From Nitrososphaeria archaeon (lineage in GTDB: Archaea > Thermoproteota > Nitrososphaeria > Nitrososphaerales > JAAOZN01), in the NCBI GenBank assembly GCA_029775855.1, contig JARVJZ010000002.1, forward strand, positions 95,800 to 159,799: DNA of 64,000 nt. The letters run 5' to 3'. Made by a program: the position numbers and the translations under genes. A model generated the notes under the pieces. The model was not told the origin of the DNA. It was given only the letters and a program-made list of their open reading frames with translations, and did not search any database. Of the stretch, positions 1 to 9,434 are shown one piece after another. Each line of letters starts with the position of its first letter. Position 1 is the first letter of the stretch.

Positions 1-1
1 G

Positions 2-415
2 ACGAGAGGTAGAGGGTGTAGAGTAGATGGAAGAGAAGCACACCCCTCAAGGACAGATGATTTAAGAAGCGCAGTAGTTTCACTAAGCCTAAGAGTCAAA
101 GGAGAATACCGGAACGACCCAAATATTTTGGTCAACCTAATCAATAACATAAGACACCCAAGAATACTCGGCACAGCAGCCTTAGAGACGGCTTACGTCG
201 CGATAGGTAGAGTCGATGGTTTTGTTGAGCCTTACCCTAGACTAAGGACTTACGACTGCCTACCTTCACTATTTTTAGTAAAAGAAGCCAAAGGCACATA
301 TAAGATGCTTCAGCGGAGCCTACAGGACATTGACCTTAGAACAAAAGAGACGATAGGCTACGCGGCAGCTGGATGTGGCAGCTTGTTAGAAAAGCTTTTG
401 AAGCTACTCGCTTAA
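2..415 (+). CDS. Inositol monophosphatase/FBPase-family protein, C-terminal fragment (5' end outside window)
   Basis: The frame is open from nt 2, with no stop before the TTG at 128 that the track uses. RILGTAALETAYVAIGRVDGFVE...YDCLPSLFLVKEAKG resembles the C-terminal IMPase-family pattern (GSAAL..VA.G..D.y...WD.AAG...EAGG) but is diverged. Confidence 0.55.
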   Translation, partial: TRGRGCRVDGREAHPSRTDDLRSAVVSLSLRVKGEYRNDPNILVNLINNIRHPRILGTAALETAYVAIGRVDGFVEPYPRLRTYDCLPSLFLVKEAKGTYKMLQRSLQDIDLRTKETIGYAAAGCGSLLEKLLKLLA

Positions 416-454
416 AAAGCTAAATAAACGGATATTTAGATGGTATATTGAGCC

Positions 455-877
455 TTGCTTGAGGAAAAGTCTGCTGGCGCAATAATCATCTACAAATCCG
501 ATAACAATGTTGAATACCTTATACTACACTACCCAGCAGGCCACTGGGACTTCCCGAAAGGGAACATTGAAAAAGGTGAAAGCGATTTTGATGCCGCAAT
601 AAGAGAAATCACGGAAGAAACAGGTTTAACCGATCTGAAATTTATTAACGGCTTTAAGAAGACGATACAGTATTACTATAAGAAGGGTGACCAGCTGGTT
701 AAGAAGAGTGTAACATTTTATCTAGCTGAAGCCAACACTAAAGATATCAAACTATCTTTTGAGCATCAAGGCTATATTTGGCTTCCTATAGATGAAGCAT
801 TGGCAAAGGTTACTTATCAAAATGCTAAGAATGTTCTAAAAGAAGCTCATCGATTCTTAACTCAAAAAATTCAATAG
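455..877 (+). CDS. NUDIX hydrolase (Ap4A-hydrolase-like, single domain)
   Basis: A Nudix box is readable: GNIEKGESDFDAAIREITEETGL (GX5EX7REUXEEXGU). At 140 aa it fits a single Nudix domain. Confidence 0.85.
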   Translation: MLEEKSAGAIIIYKSDNNVEYLILHYPAGHWDFPKGNIEKGESDFDAAIREITEETGLTDLKFINGFKKTIQYYYKKGDQLVKKSVTFYLAEANTKDIKLSFEHQGYIWLPIDEALAKVTYQNAKNVLKEAHRFLTQKIQ

Positions 878-879
878 GT

Positions 880-1638
880 TTAGTGTTCTAACCAAGTCTC
901 TTCCCTAAGCCTTCGAGCCTCAGTGAGCATAGTGGGTGAGTCAAGAATAGCGCGACCAACTATTAAATAGGTTGCACCAGCCTTAAGAGCTTCTAAAGCT
1001 GAGCCTCCTTGCTTACCAACGCCGGGAGAGAATATTGGCAGTGTGTTGTGTGTCAACTTGGCTACTTCTCTTATGATCTTTGGTTTGGTAGCGCCAACAA
1101 TTAGACCATCTGCGCCCCACTTGATCGCCCTTTCAGCAAAGAGTGTGTAGAGAGGCTTCATGGAGCTGGGTGTTTTTAATCTAAGCCCATAGCCTTCTGA
1201 AGCGCCTTTGTGGCTCATGTATGTAAGAAAGATTACACCCATCCGCACTTTATGGGCTTCATCTATAGTCTGCTGTAAAGCATCTCTGTAACCTACTATT
1301 GGGTTAACTATAAGAGCATCAAACTGTGCTTGCTGCAAAACTTTAAGCACAGCTAAGTTAGTTGATGATATATCGTTGAGCTTGAGGTCTGCTATCGTCT
1401 GTAACCCCTTCTTATGCGCATCTTTGACTATACACATTATATCTTTTAAGGCAAGGGGTAAAAGAAGATGGTAGTTTATCTTCAGAGCAGCGAACTCGTC
1501 TCCAACCAGACCTATAACCTTTAATGCTGAATCAAGAAGTGTTTGATCCTCAACACTTAGATCAAGAGCCAACACCAGCCTACTCTTGTGTGAAAGGGAA
1601 GCCTCAGCTAGGCGCTCCTTAAAGCTCAAGCTGTTCAA
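880..1638 (-). CDS. pyrF: Orotidine 5'-phosphate decarboxylase
   Basis: Contains LVLALDL, ADLKLNDISSTN (the DxKxxDIxxT catalytic motif) and the C-terminal YLIVGRAI phosphate-binding motif. Confidence 0.85.
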   Translation of the reverse strand: MNSLSFKERLAEASLSHKSRLVLALDLSVEDQTLLDSALKVIGLVGDEFAALKINYHLLLPLALKDIMCIVKDAHKKGLQTIADLKLNDISSTNLAVLKVLQQAQFDALIVNPIVGYRDALQQTIDEAHKVRMGVIFLTYMSHKGASEGYGLRLKTPSSMKPLYTLFAERAIKWGADGLIVGATKPKIIREVAKLTHNTLPIFSPGVGKQGGSALEALKAGATYLIVGRAILDSPTMLTEARRLREETWLEH

Positions 1639-2311
1639 CCTTCGACACCAGAGGGTGAGGAGCCTTTAGTCTGATAACTTTAAGATATACATACCCATGC
1701 TCTTCAATCTTATCTGTAAAGGAAACCTCAGATGCCTTAGTGGAATACCTTATGAAGCTGCCATTCGGCTCCTTCTCCAATCGGCAGTAGAAGAAGATAG
1801 AAGATTCATCAGAATCATCTAAACGGGCGAATATACCAGCAACCCAACCTCCATCAGATTTGAATGCAAAGATGGGCATAGGAGCTTCCTCAAACAACAA
1901 CCTATAAGCACTAATCTTGGCTAAACTTACCAGATCTACTACTTCTATCGAAGAGAGCTTCCTAATACCCTTAACCTCACCAGCGAGTCCAAATGTGCTA
2001 GGTATGTTCTTTACAGCAACAATTGGTGCATAGAGTAAGAATGTTGGCGAGTTGGAGATGCGTACATCTTCTAAGCCTGCTGAATTACGATATTCGAGAA
2101 AATGACCAAACTTATCTGACTTAACATAGTAGAATATAGGGTTGCCAAAATATGTGTCCAAATGAACAGCCAACTTCACTTCATCCTTAGAATTAAAGGC
2201 GAAGACAAGCATAGGCGCTCGCTCAAGCGCACAACATAGCCGACCTAACTCTTTGATGCCAAGCAGCTCTACGAATATAGGTGAACCTAACTTCTTCTTT
2301 GAGCCCATCAC
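1619..2311 (-). CDS. Hypothetical protein with internal two-fold duplication
   Basis: 230-aa ORF whose 3' end overlaps the pyrF start by 20 nt. It has two related halves (ERAPMLVFAFNSKDE...IFYYVK and EEAPMPIFAFKSDGG...IFFYCR). No family recognised. Confidence 0.5.
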   Translation of the reverse strand: MMGSKKKLGSPIFVELLGIKELGRLCCALERAPMLVFAFNSKDEVKLAVHLDTYFGNPIFYYVKSDKFGHFLEYRNSAGLEDVRISNSPTFLLYAPIVAVKNIPSTFGLAGEVKGIRKLSSIEVVDLVSLAKISAYRLLFEEAPMPIFAFKSDGGWVAGIFARLDDSDESSIFFYCRLEKEPNGSFIRYSTKASEVSFTDKIEEHGYVYLKVIRLKAPHPLVSKVEQLEL

Positions 2312-2378
2312 CTAAACTTTCTATGGCGGATTAAATAGGTTTTTACATAACTTATTATCTAACCTCTTCAGAAAGACG

Positions 2379-3119
2379 ATGGATGTAAAGATTGGGTGTT
2401 GCGGTTTAGCTGGACTAACCCTATCTAAGTATGCAGAGAGGTTTAATGTTATTGAGCTTCAATCAACCTTCTATAAGCTCCCCTTACCTGAGACTGCTTT
2501 AAGATGGAGGAGAAGCGTCTCTGAGCGATTTGAATTCACTATGAAGGCTTTCCAAGGTATCACACACCCTATATCAAGCCCAACTTGGCGAAGAGCGGGC
2601 AGCCAAAAACCGACGATAAAGCAAGAATATTATGGGCATCTACAGCCTAGCAGCGAAACCTTGGAATGCTGGCGTAAAACGCTACAGATCTATTCACTAC
2701 TCAAAGCAACATTCTGCGTCATCAACCTCCCACCATCATTCAACAAGACTGATGAGAATGTAAAGAGAATTTTAAACTTCTTCAAAGAAAAAAGCGCCAA
2801 CATAGGCGTCGAATTTAGGCACCCAAGCTGGATTAAAGAAAGCCAAGAAACCGCAGAAGTCCTTAAAAAAATCAATGCTGTGCATATCGTGGACCCCTTC
2901 AAATCAAAGCCGCTTATAGAAAGCAGCATACAATACTTCAGACTACACGGATTAGGCTCAAGACCATACATCTACACATATAGTGATGACGATCTAATAA
3001 AGCTGAGAAAGATAGTGCAGGAGCAAGACGCAGAAAGGGTCTATGTCATGTTCAATAACACATCTATGCGCGATGATGCCTATCGCTTTATCAAATTGTT
3101 ACAGAGAGGAGAAATTTAA
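2379..3119 (+). CDS. DUF72 (UPF0759) family protein
   Basis: N-terminal IGCCGLAG...FNVIELQSTFY and C-terminal YFRLHG patterns are typical of DUF72 proteins, and the size (~246 aa) fits. Confidence 0.75.
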   Translation: MDVKIGCCGLAGLTLSKYAERFNVIELQSTFYKLPLPETALRWRRSVSERFEFTMKAFQGITHPISSPTWRRAGSQKPTIKQEYYGHLQPSSETLECWRKTLQIYSLLKATFCVINLPPSFNKTDENVKRILNFFKEKSANIGVEFRHPSWIKESQETAEVLKKINAVHIVDPFKSKPLIESSIQYFRLHGLGSRPYIYTYSDDDLIKLRKIVQEQDAERVYVMFNNTSMRDDAYRFIKLLQRGEI

Positions 3120-3121
3120 AG

Positions 3122-3475
3122 TTGGATAATGCTAGAGAGAGAAGATTGACAAACGCGAAAATTGAAATTCAATCAGCCTATACCATACTAGAACAGATCC
3201 AAACCTCAAGTAAATCGTTTGATGAATACAAACTGGATCTCTGGAAGGCAAGAAGTAGGCTCGAACTGGCTATATTGTTGATAAAGCTTGCTGCGAACAT
3301 TGACCACGAAGACAGAAGACGACTATTCATCTTAAGAGATGAACCTCATACACTACTCAACAAAGCTAAGGAGATGTTATGTGAAGCTTTAAACAACTTT
3401 CAAAACATCAACACAACTTTAGAGAAGGTGAGGAGGGTGAGAGACCTCCTTCTGCTTCTTGAGACCAGCGTGTAA
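3122..3475 (+). CDS. Hypothetical helical protein
   Basis: 117-aa ORF starting 2 nt after the DUF72 gene. The composition is charged and helical. No recognisable family. Confidence 0.4.
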   Translation: MDNARERRLTNAKIEIQSAYTILEQIQTSSKSFDEYKLDLWKARSRLELAILLIKLAANIDHEDRRRLFILRDEPHTLLNKAKEMLCEALNNFQNINTTLEKVRRVRDLLLLLETSV

Positions 3476-3477
3476 AC

Positions 3478-3753
3478 TTAACCCTCTTCTTTTATCTTTA
3501 TAAAATTCAACTCACCGCTCTTAATTAAAACGCGATACTTCTTCCTTAAGCCTTCTATGTGTAAAAACCTCTTTAGATAGACCTTCAGTCTTCTAGCGTT
3601 GAGCTTTTCATTATCGCTTCTGCTAACAACTAAAGTATCTCCCTGCACTGAAACATCTACACCAACACGCTCTTTAAGGAAGTTGGCAAGATTTTGCGCG
3701 AGATCCTTAAGTTCGTTCAATTTGACTGTAACTGAATCGCCAACTTTACTCAA
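3478..3753 (-). CDS. Small basic protein with a eukaryotic ribosomal protein L22e-like motif pattern
   Basis: 91-aa ORF lying 2 nt downstream of purA on the same strand. FLKERVGV...ARRLKVYLKRFLHIEGLRKKYRVLIKSGELNFIKI parallels human RPL22 FLQERIKV...[34 protein letters not shown]. This is an alignment by eye from memory only. Confidence 0.5.
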   Translation of the reverse strand: MSKVGDSVTVKLNELKDLAQNLANFLKERVGVDVSVQGDTLVVSRSDNEKLNARRLKVYLKRFLHIEGLRKKYRVLIKSGELNFIKIKEEG

Positions 3754-3755
3754 TT

Positions 3756-4766
3756 CTACACTTCACCTCTTCTATCTATCATATCCTCGACGCTAGGTCC
3801 TGTGCCTATAAGTGTTACCCTTACTCCAGTCGCAGCTTCAACCTTCTCCACGAACATTTTAGCTTCTGTAGATAGATCTTGGAAGCGTTTAACATTTGCG
3901 TCATCTTTGAATAGCACATCAAGCTTTGTCAAGGCGATCTGTGTTGCGCTATTGAGTAGACACGCTCTTTTAGCCAGCTTAAAGTTGAAAGGCGCTGCTC
4001 TCCTCATCCTTCCAGTTACTGTGCCGAATTCACTCCAACCCAGTTTAACCACTTCTTCAGCCGGCAACTCATTTTCAAGAGGACCTTCGCCCACTCTAGT
4101 CAGATAGGATTTCAACACAACTATGACTTCACCTACTCTAAGAGGACCTATGCCAACATCAGCACACACCGCTGAAGCGGTTGTGTCTTTTGATGTCACA
4201 TAGGGGTAAGTTCCGTGATATAGTGATAGGAAGGTGCCTTGAGTCCCTTCGATTAAAACACGCTTGCCCAAATCTAAGGCATTATTTACCTCTCCTGCCA
4301 CATCGGTTAAGAATTCTTGTAGAGTGGGTATCTCTTTTGCAACCTTACCTTTTCTTAGAACCCTGTCAGCGTTTGCTGGACCTGTGCCTGTGCCCGTTGT
4401 TCCAATCTTCTCTTTTAGATGTCCCATTCTGTCCCGCTGAATATGCTCTTCTTCAATAACCCCAGTCTGATAATCGATACCTATCCTTGACCTAACATCT
4501 GTCAACTTGATCTCTTCAAGTAAAAGTTGGGGGTTAACTAACACACCTGACCCTATTAGAAGTCTGGTTTGAGGGTTCGTAAAGGCGCTGGGCACTAACC
4601 TAACTTTATAAGTCTTACCTGAGGAGACTACCGTGTGTCCAGCGTTTGGTCCAACACCTCCTCTTACAGCCACATCTATTTTATCTTTTATGGCTAAGTA
4701 GGAGATTACTTTCCCTTTGCCTTCGTCTCCAAACGCTCCTCCAACCACTAAAACGGCTTTTGACAT
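3756..4766 (-). CDS. purA: Adenylosuccinate synthetase (short archaeal form)
   Basis: Contains the GDEGKGK P-loop and GTTGTGTGPA (GTTxxGIGP motif). Length is 336 aa. Confidence 0.9.
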   Translation of the reverse strand: MSKAVLVVGGAFGDEGKGKVISYLAIKDKIDVAVRGGVGPNAGHTVVSSGKTYKVRLVPSAFTNPQTRLLIGSGVLVNPQLLLEEIKLTDVRSRIGIDYQTGVIEEEHIQRDRMGHLKEKIGTTGTGTGPANADRVLRKGKVAKEIPTLQEFLTDVAGEVNNALDLGKRVLIEGTQGTFLSLYHGTYPYVTSKDTTASAVCADVGIGPLRVGEVIVVLKSYLTRVGEGPLENELPAEEVVKLGWSEFGTVTGRMRRAAPFNFKLAKRACLLNSATQIALTKLDVLFKDDANVKRFQDLSTEAKMFVEKVEAATGVRVTLIGTGPSVEDMIDRRGEV

Positions 4767-4802
4767 ATCTTACCCTCCGCAAGTTAACCTTAATTAAAGT
4801 GA

Positions 4803-5597
4803 TTATTTACCAAACCTTCTGTCGCGCTGCTGATAAATTCTTATAGCCCTCATGAGGTCTATCTTCCTGAACTCTGGCCAAAAGACATCTAAGAAGACCA
4901 ACTCGCTGTATGCTGACTGCCATAGAAGAAAGCCGCTAAGCCGCTCCTCCCCGGATGTTCTAATGATCAGGTCTGGTTCTGGATGTGGTAAGTGGGATGT
5001 ATAGAGGTAGCGTTCTATTGTTGCAGTGTTTATGCTGGAGGTGTCGAGTTTACCAGCCTTTACATCTTCGCATATCTTCTTAACAGCTTCTACAATCTCG
5101 ATTCTTCCCCCGTATGCTAACGCTATGTTGAGGAAGTGTTGGTCATAGTTCGCCGTGCTCCTCTCAACCTCATCAAGGATAGATCGGATGCTTTCAGGGA
5201 GTAGGTCCTTTTTACCAATACCCTTTACTCTGACTTTATATTTGTGTATACGCTCATCTCTGAGAAGCTCTTTTAGCTTTTCTTCTATGATAGCGAATAG
5301 TTCATCAACTTCTTCCTTCGGTCTGTTAAAGTTTTCTGTTGAAAAGGCGTAAATAGTAACGCTTTCTACACCCAGTTTATAACACCAGTCCAGCAGATTT
5401 TTAGCGTTTTCAGCACCAAAATAGTGCCCCAGTTTTGTAGGCAAGGATTTTTCTCTAGCCCACCTTCTATTTCCATCTAAGATAAGGCCGATATGTTTTG
5501 GCTTCTCTTTTTTGGATATCTGGCGTTCAAGGTATCGAGAATATATCTTATAAGCACCTAGTAGCCTCAGAAGCATTCTTAACACACTCTCACCCAC
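4803..5597 (-). CDS. uppS: cis-prenyltransferase (undecaprenyl/di-trans,poly-cis polyprenyl diphosphate synthase)
   Basis: Contains HIGLILDGNRRWA and IRTSGEERLSGFLLWQSAYSE, the hallmark motifs of the UppS family. Confidence 0.9.
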   Translation of the reverse strand: MGESVLRMLLRLLGAYKIYSRYLERQISKKEKPKHIGLILDGNRRWAREKSLPTKLGHYFGAENAKNLLDWCYKLGVESVTIYAFSTENFNRPKEEVDELFAIIEEKLKELLRDERIHKYKVRVKGIGKKDLLPESIRSILDEVERSTANYDQHFLNIALAYGGRIEIVEAVKKICEDVKAGKLDTSSINTATIERYLYTSHLPHPEPDLIIRTSGEERLSGFLLWQSAYSELVFLDVFWPEFRKIDLMRAIRIYQQRDRRFGK

Positions 5598-6699
5598 GCA
5601 ACCGCTTTACGATGATATATTGGTAGACTAAGGATACAACCAAAAAGAGGATAGCCAACCCTATTAGTAGTAGTGATATAAGATAAGCTGGGCTACCCTT
5701 ACCTAAGAGTATCAGTGATATCTGAGTCATAGGAAAGTAGAGCAGCAGTAAGATAAGCAGCGTCGTAGCAGTCCTCACAAGCTTATAACTCTGCCTAATC
5801 CAGTGATATAGCACTGAACCAGCCAAGAAAACTCCAAACCCTATCCAGATTAGATTAACAGTCTCCTGCAGAAAAAGCCCTATAAGGTATGGCCCATATT
5901 CAAAGAAAAGCTCCGGTCGAACAACGATCTTAGCGTATTCTGGTGTGCCGCTTATAGTGGTAAACCCAACATACAGCGACGAGATAAGTATAAGGACCGC
6001 CGCTAATGTTGAAAATAGCCTTAAGTATCCAGAGGGTCTCATCTGAGTTAAAGCTGAAGCGAGCTTATCTAAATCAAAACCTCTAACAACAAACGCTAAG
6101 CCCAATATAAGTAGAGAAGCAGCTATAGCTTCAGCAGTTTTGCCTAAAACAGTTAAAATACCGAATGTAAGAAGCAGTACACCAGGAACTCCTAGAAAGA
6201 ACCTTGAATACCTTGGGTCGTAGATGAGCATCTTAAGGTACTTTGACAGAATTATGTAGGATGCTTCGACGCTTTCACTATGTTTTATGACGACTCTGCG
6301 TACAGATATGACGGGCTTAAGGTTCTGGATGATTGGTATTACAAATTCGTCTTCCGCCCCATCTGAGACAAAGACGATGCCATCAACCTTATATGAGTTG
6401 AGTATGCTCTTTGTTTCCTGCATTATCTTCTCGTCTGCTTCAACCCCTCTCTTTTGTGTACCAGCAACAATCGCTACTTCAGCTAAATATCCCTTATGTG
6501 TTAGATCATCGTGCTCCTTTACAGCGGCGAAAACGGTGTTAGCATCTGCTTCCTCAGGGTCGGCTAAAGCCAGCCTTGTTGCAGCTACTATGCATTTGTC
6601 TCTTCCTACAATGGGGGTAGGTAAGCCGGTCTTTGCGCCTATATCATTGTCTCTATCGATACATAAGACGAGTAGCGTAGGCTTGCCTTCTTTTTCCAA
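5590..6699 (-). CDS. DUF373-like polytopic membrane protein
   Basis: The N-terminal soluble part begins LVLCIDRDNDIG. The C-terminal half has about 6 hydrophobic helices. It overlaps uppS by 8 nt, which suggests an operon. Confidence 0.65.
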   Translation of the reverse strand: MEKEGKPTLLVLCIDRDNDIGAKTGLPTPIVGRDKCIVAATRLALADPEEADANTVFAAVKEHDDLTHKGYLAEVAIVAGTQKRGVEADEKIMQETKSILNSYKVDGIVFVSDGAEDEFVIPIIQNLKPVISVRRVVIKHSESVEASYIILSKYLKMLIYDPRYSRFFLGVPGVLLLTFGILTVLGKTAEAIAASLLILGLAFVVRGFDLDKLASALTQMRPSGYLRLFSTLAAVLILISSLYVGFTTISGTPEYAKIVVRPELFFEYGPYLIGLFLQETVNLIWIGFGVFLAGSVLYHWIRQSYKLVRTATTLLILLLLYFPMTQISLILLGKGSPAYLISLLLIGLAILFLVVSLVYQYIIVKRLRG

Positions 6700-6732
6700 C
6701 CTTTTCCCAAAAGCTTTACTTGGCTCTACTAC

Positions 6733-7602
6733 TTAAGTGATTTCATCTTCAGGATTTAGTAGAAGTTTCAATTCGTCTAAACCGACCTTCTTTCCTTCTA
6801 GAAAGCGGCTCTTAATATCTTCTTTTAGTTTGCTTATCTCTTTCTCCATCTTTTCTTGAGCCTTCTTCGCTTCTTCTAAGCGTCTTGCTTCGATGATCTC
6901 CCTACGCTTCGCTACGCTGGCTTTGAGCTGGGTTTGTAGAAGGTTAAGTTGCTGCTCTCTTTCTTGTATGGCTTGGTCTAACCGCTTTAAGTCACTTTGT
7001 TGGTCTTTCAATCTTTCAAGTAGTTTAATTATAGCATCTTTTGCCAAAGCTATCTTCTTTTTCGTGTCGTCAATCTTTGCCCTAATTTCCTTCATCTTCG
7101 TATTGAGGTTAGAGGATTCTAAAGAGAGCTGCTTCATCTTTTCTAAAGCTGCTTCTGTCTGTTTAAGTTCAGCCTTCTTCATGTGCAGCTCCTTTATTCT
7201 TAGCAACAAATTCTTTTCTTGGTCTCTGGTAAGCCTCTCTGTCTGAAGCCTCCATTCTAACTCAGCTATAGAGCGCTCTATGTCGTGTGATGTCTTTTCT
7301 CTGTGGGTTCTGCTTGTGATGTCTCTTTTGGTTTGTGAAAGAGCTTCGACCGCCTCTTGAACCCTCGATTCAATATTTCTGCTCTCCTCTATCAACTGTT
7401 TTAGCTCATTTATCCCCGTGTCTCTTAGGTTTCTTTGCTCTTTTAGTTGATTACGTATTTCTTTAAGGTTTGTTATTACATTTCTTCGTTCTTCTCTAAT
7501 TCCTTTGAGGTCTTCTATGACTCTCCTTTTTTCCTGCGTTAGATTGGCGATTTTGTCTTCTAAGAGCTTCAGTTCAGGGTTCACTCGGGGCTCGGTCATC
7601 AC
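6733..7602 (-). CDS. Archaeal coiled-coil protein
   Basis: 289 aa that are E/K/R/L/Q-rich with a heptad-like pattern throughout. It resembles the uncharacterised archaeal coiled-coil family (COG1340-like, from memory). Confidence 0.65.
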   Translation of the reverse strand: MMTEPRVNPELKLLEDKIANLTQEKRRVIEDLKGIREERRNVITNLKEIRNQLKEQRNLRDTGINELKQLIEESRNIESRVQEAVEALSQTKRDITSRTHREKTSHDIERSIAELEWRLQTERLTRDQEKNLLLRIKELHMKKAELKQTEAALEKMKQLSLESSNLNTKMKEIRAKIDDTKKKIALAKDAIIKLLERLKDQQSDLKRLDQAIQEREQQLNLLQTQLKASVAKRREIIEARRLEEAKKAQEKMEKEISKLKEDIKSRFLEGKKVGLDELKLLLNPEDEIT

Positions 7603-7732
7603 TACACCTTTCTAAACAAGTAGAATTAACCGTTTCTATATAGCAAGATGTTATAAGGGAGGCTTAATTTGATATTAGGTTACTAGATAATCTGACCAGC
7701 GCCGCCTATATTAGTGTGTGTTTACAAGGTAG

Positions 7733-8296
7733 ATGCGCATAGGTTTGGTTAAAAGAATCTGGCTGCTCACCGGAGAACCAGGCTCGGGAAAGACGACCGC
7801 AATAATGAAGATTGTGAACACCGTAAGAGCAAAGGGTTACTCCATAGGAGGGGTTGTCTCCTTAGAGAAGCGAGTTAAAGGGATTAGGATGGGCTTTGAT
7901 ATAGTAGATCTACTTTCAGGCAACAGAGTCATATTAGCCTCGGTTGAGCAGAAGATGGGTCCTAGAGTAGGCAAATATAGGGTTAATCTTAAGGGGTTAT
8001 CAGATTTGGCTGCAAAGGCGCTTATTGAGGCTGCACAGCGATGCGACTTAATTGTATGTGATGAAATTGGACCGATGGAGATGGCAAGCCCAGAGTTTCG
8101 AAAGGCGGTTAAAGAAGCTGTCTCGTCAGGTAAGCCAATAATAGGTGTAATACATAAGCATCTCCGTGACCCTCTCGCTGATGAACTAAGGGCTTCTGAA
8201 GATGTAGAAGTTGTAGAGATAGACCTCTACAACTCAGATGAGATAGTCTCAAAGATCTCGGAAGTGGTGCTTAACCTACTTGGTGAAAAAGGTTGA
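7733..8296 (+). CDS. Nucleoside-triphosphatase, THEP1 family
   Basis: Walker A LTGEPGSGKTT and Walker B-like LIVCDEIGPME. At 187 aa it matches MJ1559/THEP1-type NTPases in size. Confidence 0.8.
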   Translation: MRIGLVKRIWLLTGEPGSGKTTAIMKIVNTVRAKGYSIGGVVSLEKRVKGIRMGFDIVDLLSGNRVILASVEQKMGPRVGKYRVNLKGLSDLAAKALIEAAQRCDLIVCDEIGPMEMASPEFRKAVKEAVSSGKPIIGVIHKHLRDPLADELRASEDVEVVEIDLYNSDEIVSKISEVVLNLLGEKG

Positions 8297-8946
8297 GTAA
8301 AAAGTTAGTCGGCGGAGTTGATGACGCTGGTAGAGGGTGCATCATAGGACCTCTAGTCTTGGCTGGTGTAGCCTTAGAGGAGGGTAAAGTAGATAAGCTT
8401 ACTGAGATAGGTGTCAGAGACTCTAAAACACTTTCACCAGCGGCTAGAACCAAAATCTACTCGTTGATTAAGAAAGTAGCTGATAGAGTTGTTACAGTTA
8501 AAGTTCCGCCTGAAGAAGTCGATAAATATGTCATACGCCGAAAGAAGTTTGTAAGGCTAAACCTCTTGGAAGCAGAAGCTGCAGCTAGAGTTATCGAAGA
8601 ACTTGGCGCTGAAGTAGTCTATGTGGATGCTTCAGACACAGACCCTATACGCTTTAGAAACAATATACTTGCTTCACTAAAGCGGAAAGTTGTGGTAATT
8701 TCGGAGCACGCTGCTGATAGAACATACCCAGTTGTTTCAGCAGCATCTATAGTAGCAAAAGTGGAGCGTGATGCTGAAATCTCCATTCTACGAGAGAAGT
8801 ATGGAGATTTTGGAAGCGGATACCCTGCTGATCCTTCTACGATATCCTTTCTCAGAGATTGGTTGATAAAGTATGGTGATATGCCTCCTTTCGCTAGGAG
8901 AAGCTGGAGAACTTGGAAGCGATTAGTGGATGGAAGGCTTGTTTAG
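8293..8946 (+). CDS. rnhB: Ribonuclease HII
   Basis: Contains the GVDDAGRGCIIGPLVLAGV N-terminal catalytic motif and VYVDASD. It overlaps the upstream gene by 4 nt. Confidence 0.9.
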   Translation: MSKKLVGGVDDAGRGCIIGPLVLAGVALEEGKVDKLTEIGVRDSKTLSPAARTKIYSLIKKVADRVVTVKVPPEEVDKYVIRRKKFVRLNLLEAEAAARVIEELGAEVVYVDASDTDPIRFRNNILASLKRKVVVISEHAADRTYPVVSAASIVAKVERDAEISILREKYGDFGSGYPADPSTISFLRDWLIKYGDMPPFARRSWRTWKRLVDGRLV

Positions 8947-8948
8947 AT

Positions 8949-9371
8949 TTACATCTGACGCTGAAGCGATGAGAGCGCCGTGAATACTTCTAAGGTCTTT
9001 TCAGCTAACTCAGTTTGTGTTATTCTACCTATTATCTTCCCGCCTTCAGTAACATAGAGTCTCCTTACACCTTTAGTAGTCATGAGTTGAAGCGCCTCAC
9101 CAAGCGGTCTATCTGCTTCAATAGTTATCAGAGGACTGCTCATCAACTTCTCCACAGGGGTCTTACTCGGATCATAGCCTTTCATTACACATCGTCTTAT
9201 GAAGTCTCTTTCGGTCATCACACCTACTATAACTCCTTTGTCAGTCACCAGAACAGACCAAACACCGTTATCCAACATCAGCTTGAGAGCCTCGATGGCT
9301 GGCCTATCCTTCTCAATCTTAACCAGTTTGGTATCCATAGCATCCTTAACTCTAACGGTAAGCGGCGCCAA
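8949..9371 (-). CDS. CBS-domain pair protein
   Basis: 140 aa carrying two CBS-like repeats (VWSVLVTDKGVIVGVMTERDFIR and VRRLYVTEGGKIIGRITQTEL). Confidence 0.85.
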   Translation of the reverse strand: MAPLTVRVKDAMDTKLVKIEKDRPAIEALKLMLDNGVWSVLVTDKGVIVGVMTERDFIRRCVMKGYDPSKTPVEKLMSSPLITIEADRPLGEALQLMTTKGVRRLYVTEGGKIIGRITQTELAEKTLEVFTALSSLQRQM

Positions 9372-9434
9372 ATATCTTCACACCAATACCTATACAATAC
9401 TTGCATAAGTTTTTTACGCCGGTATACAGCGTTG

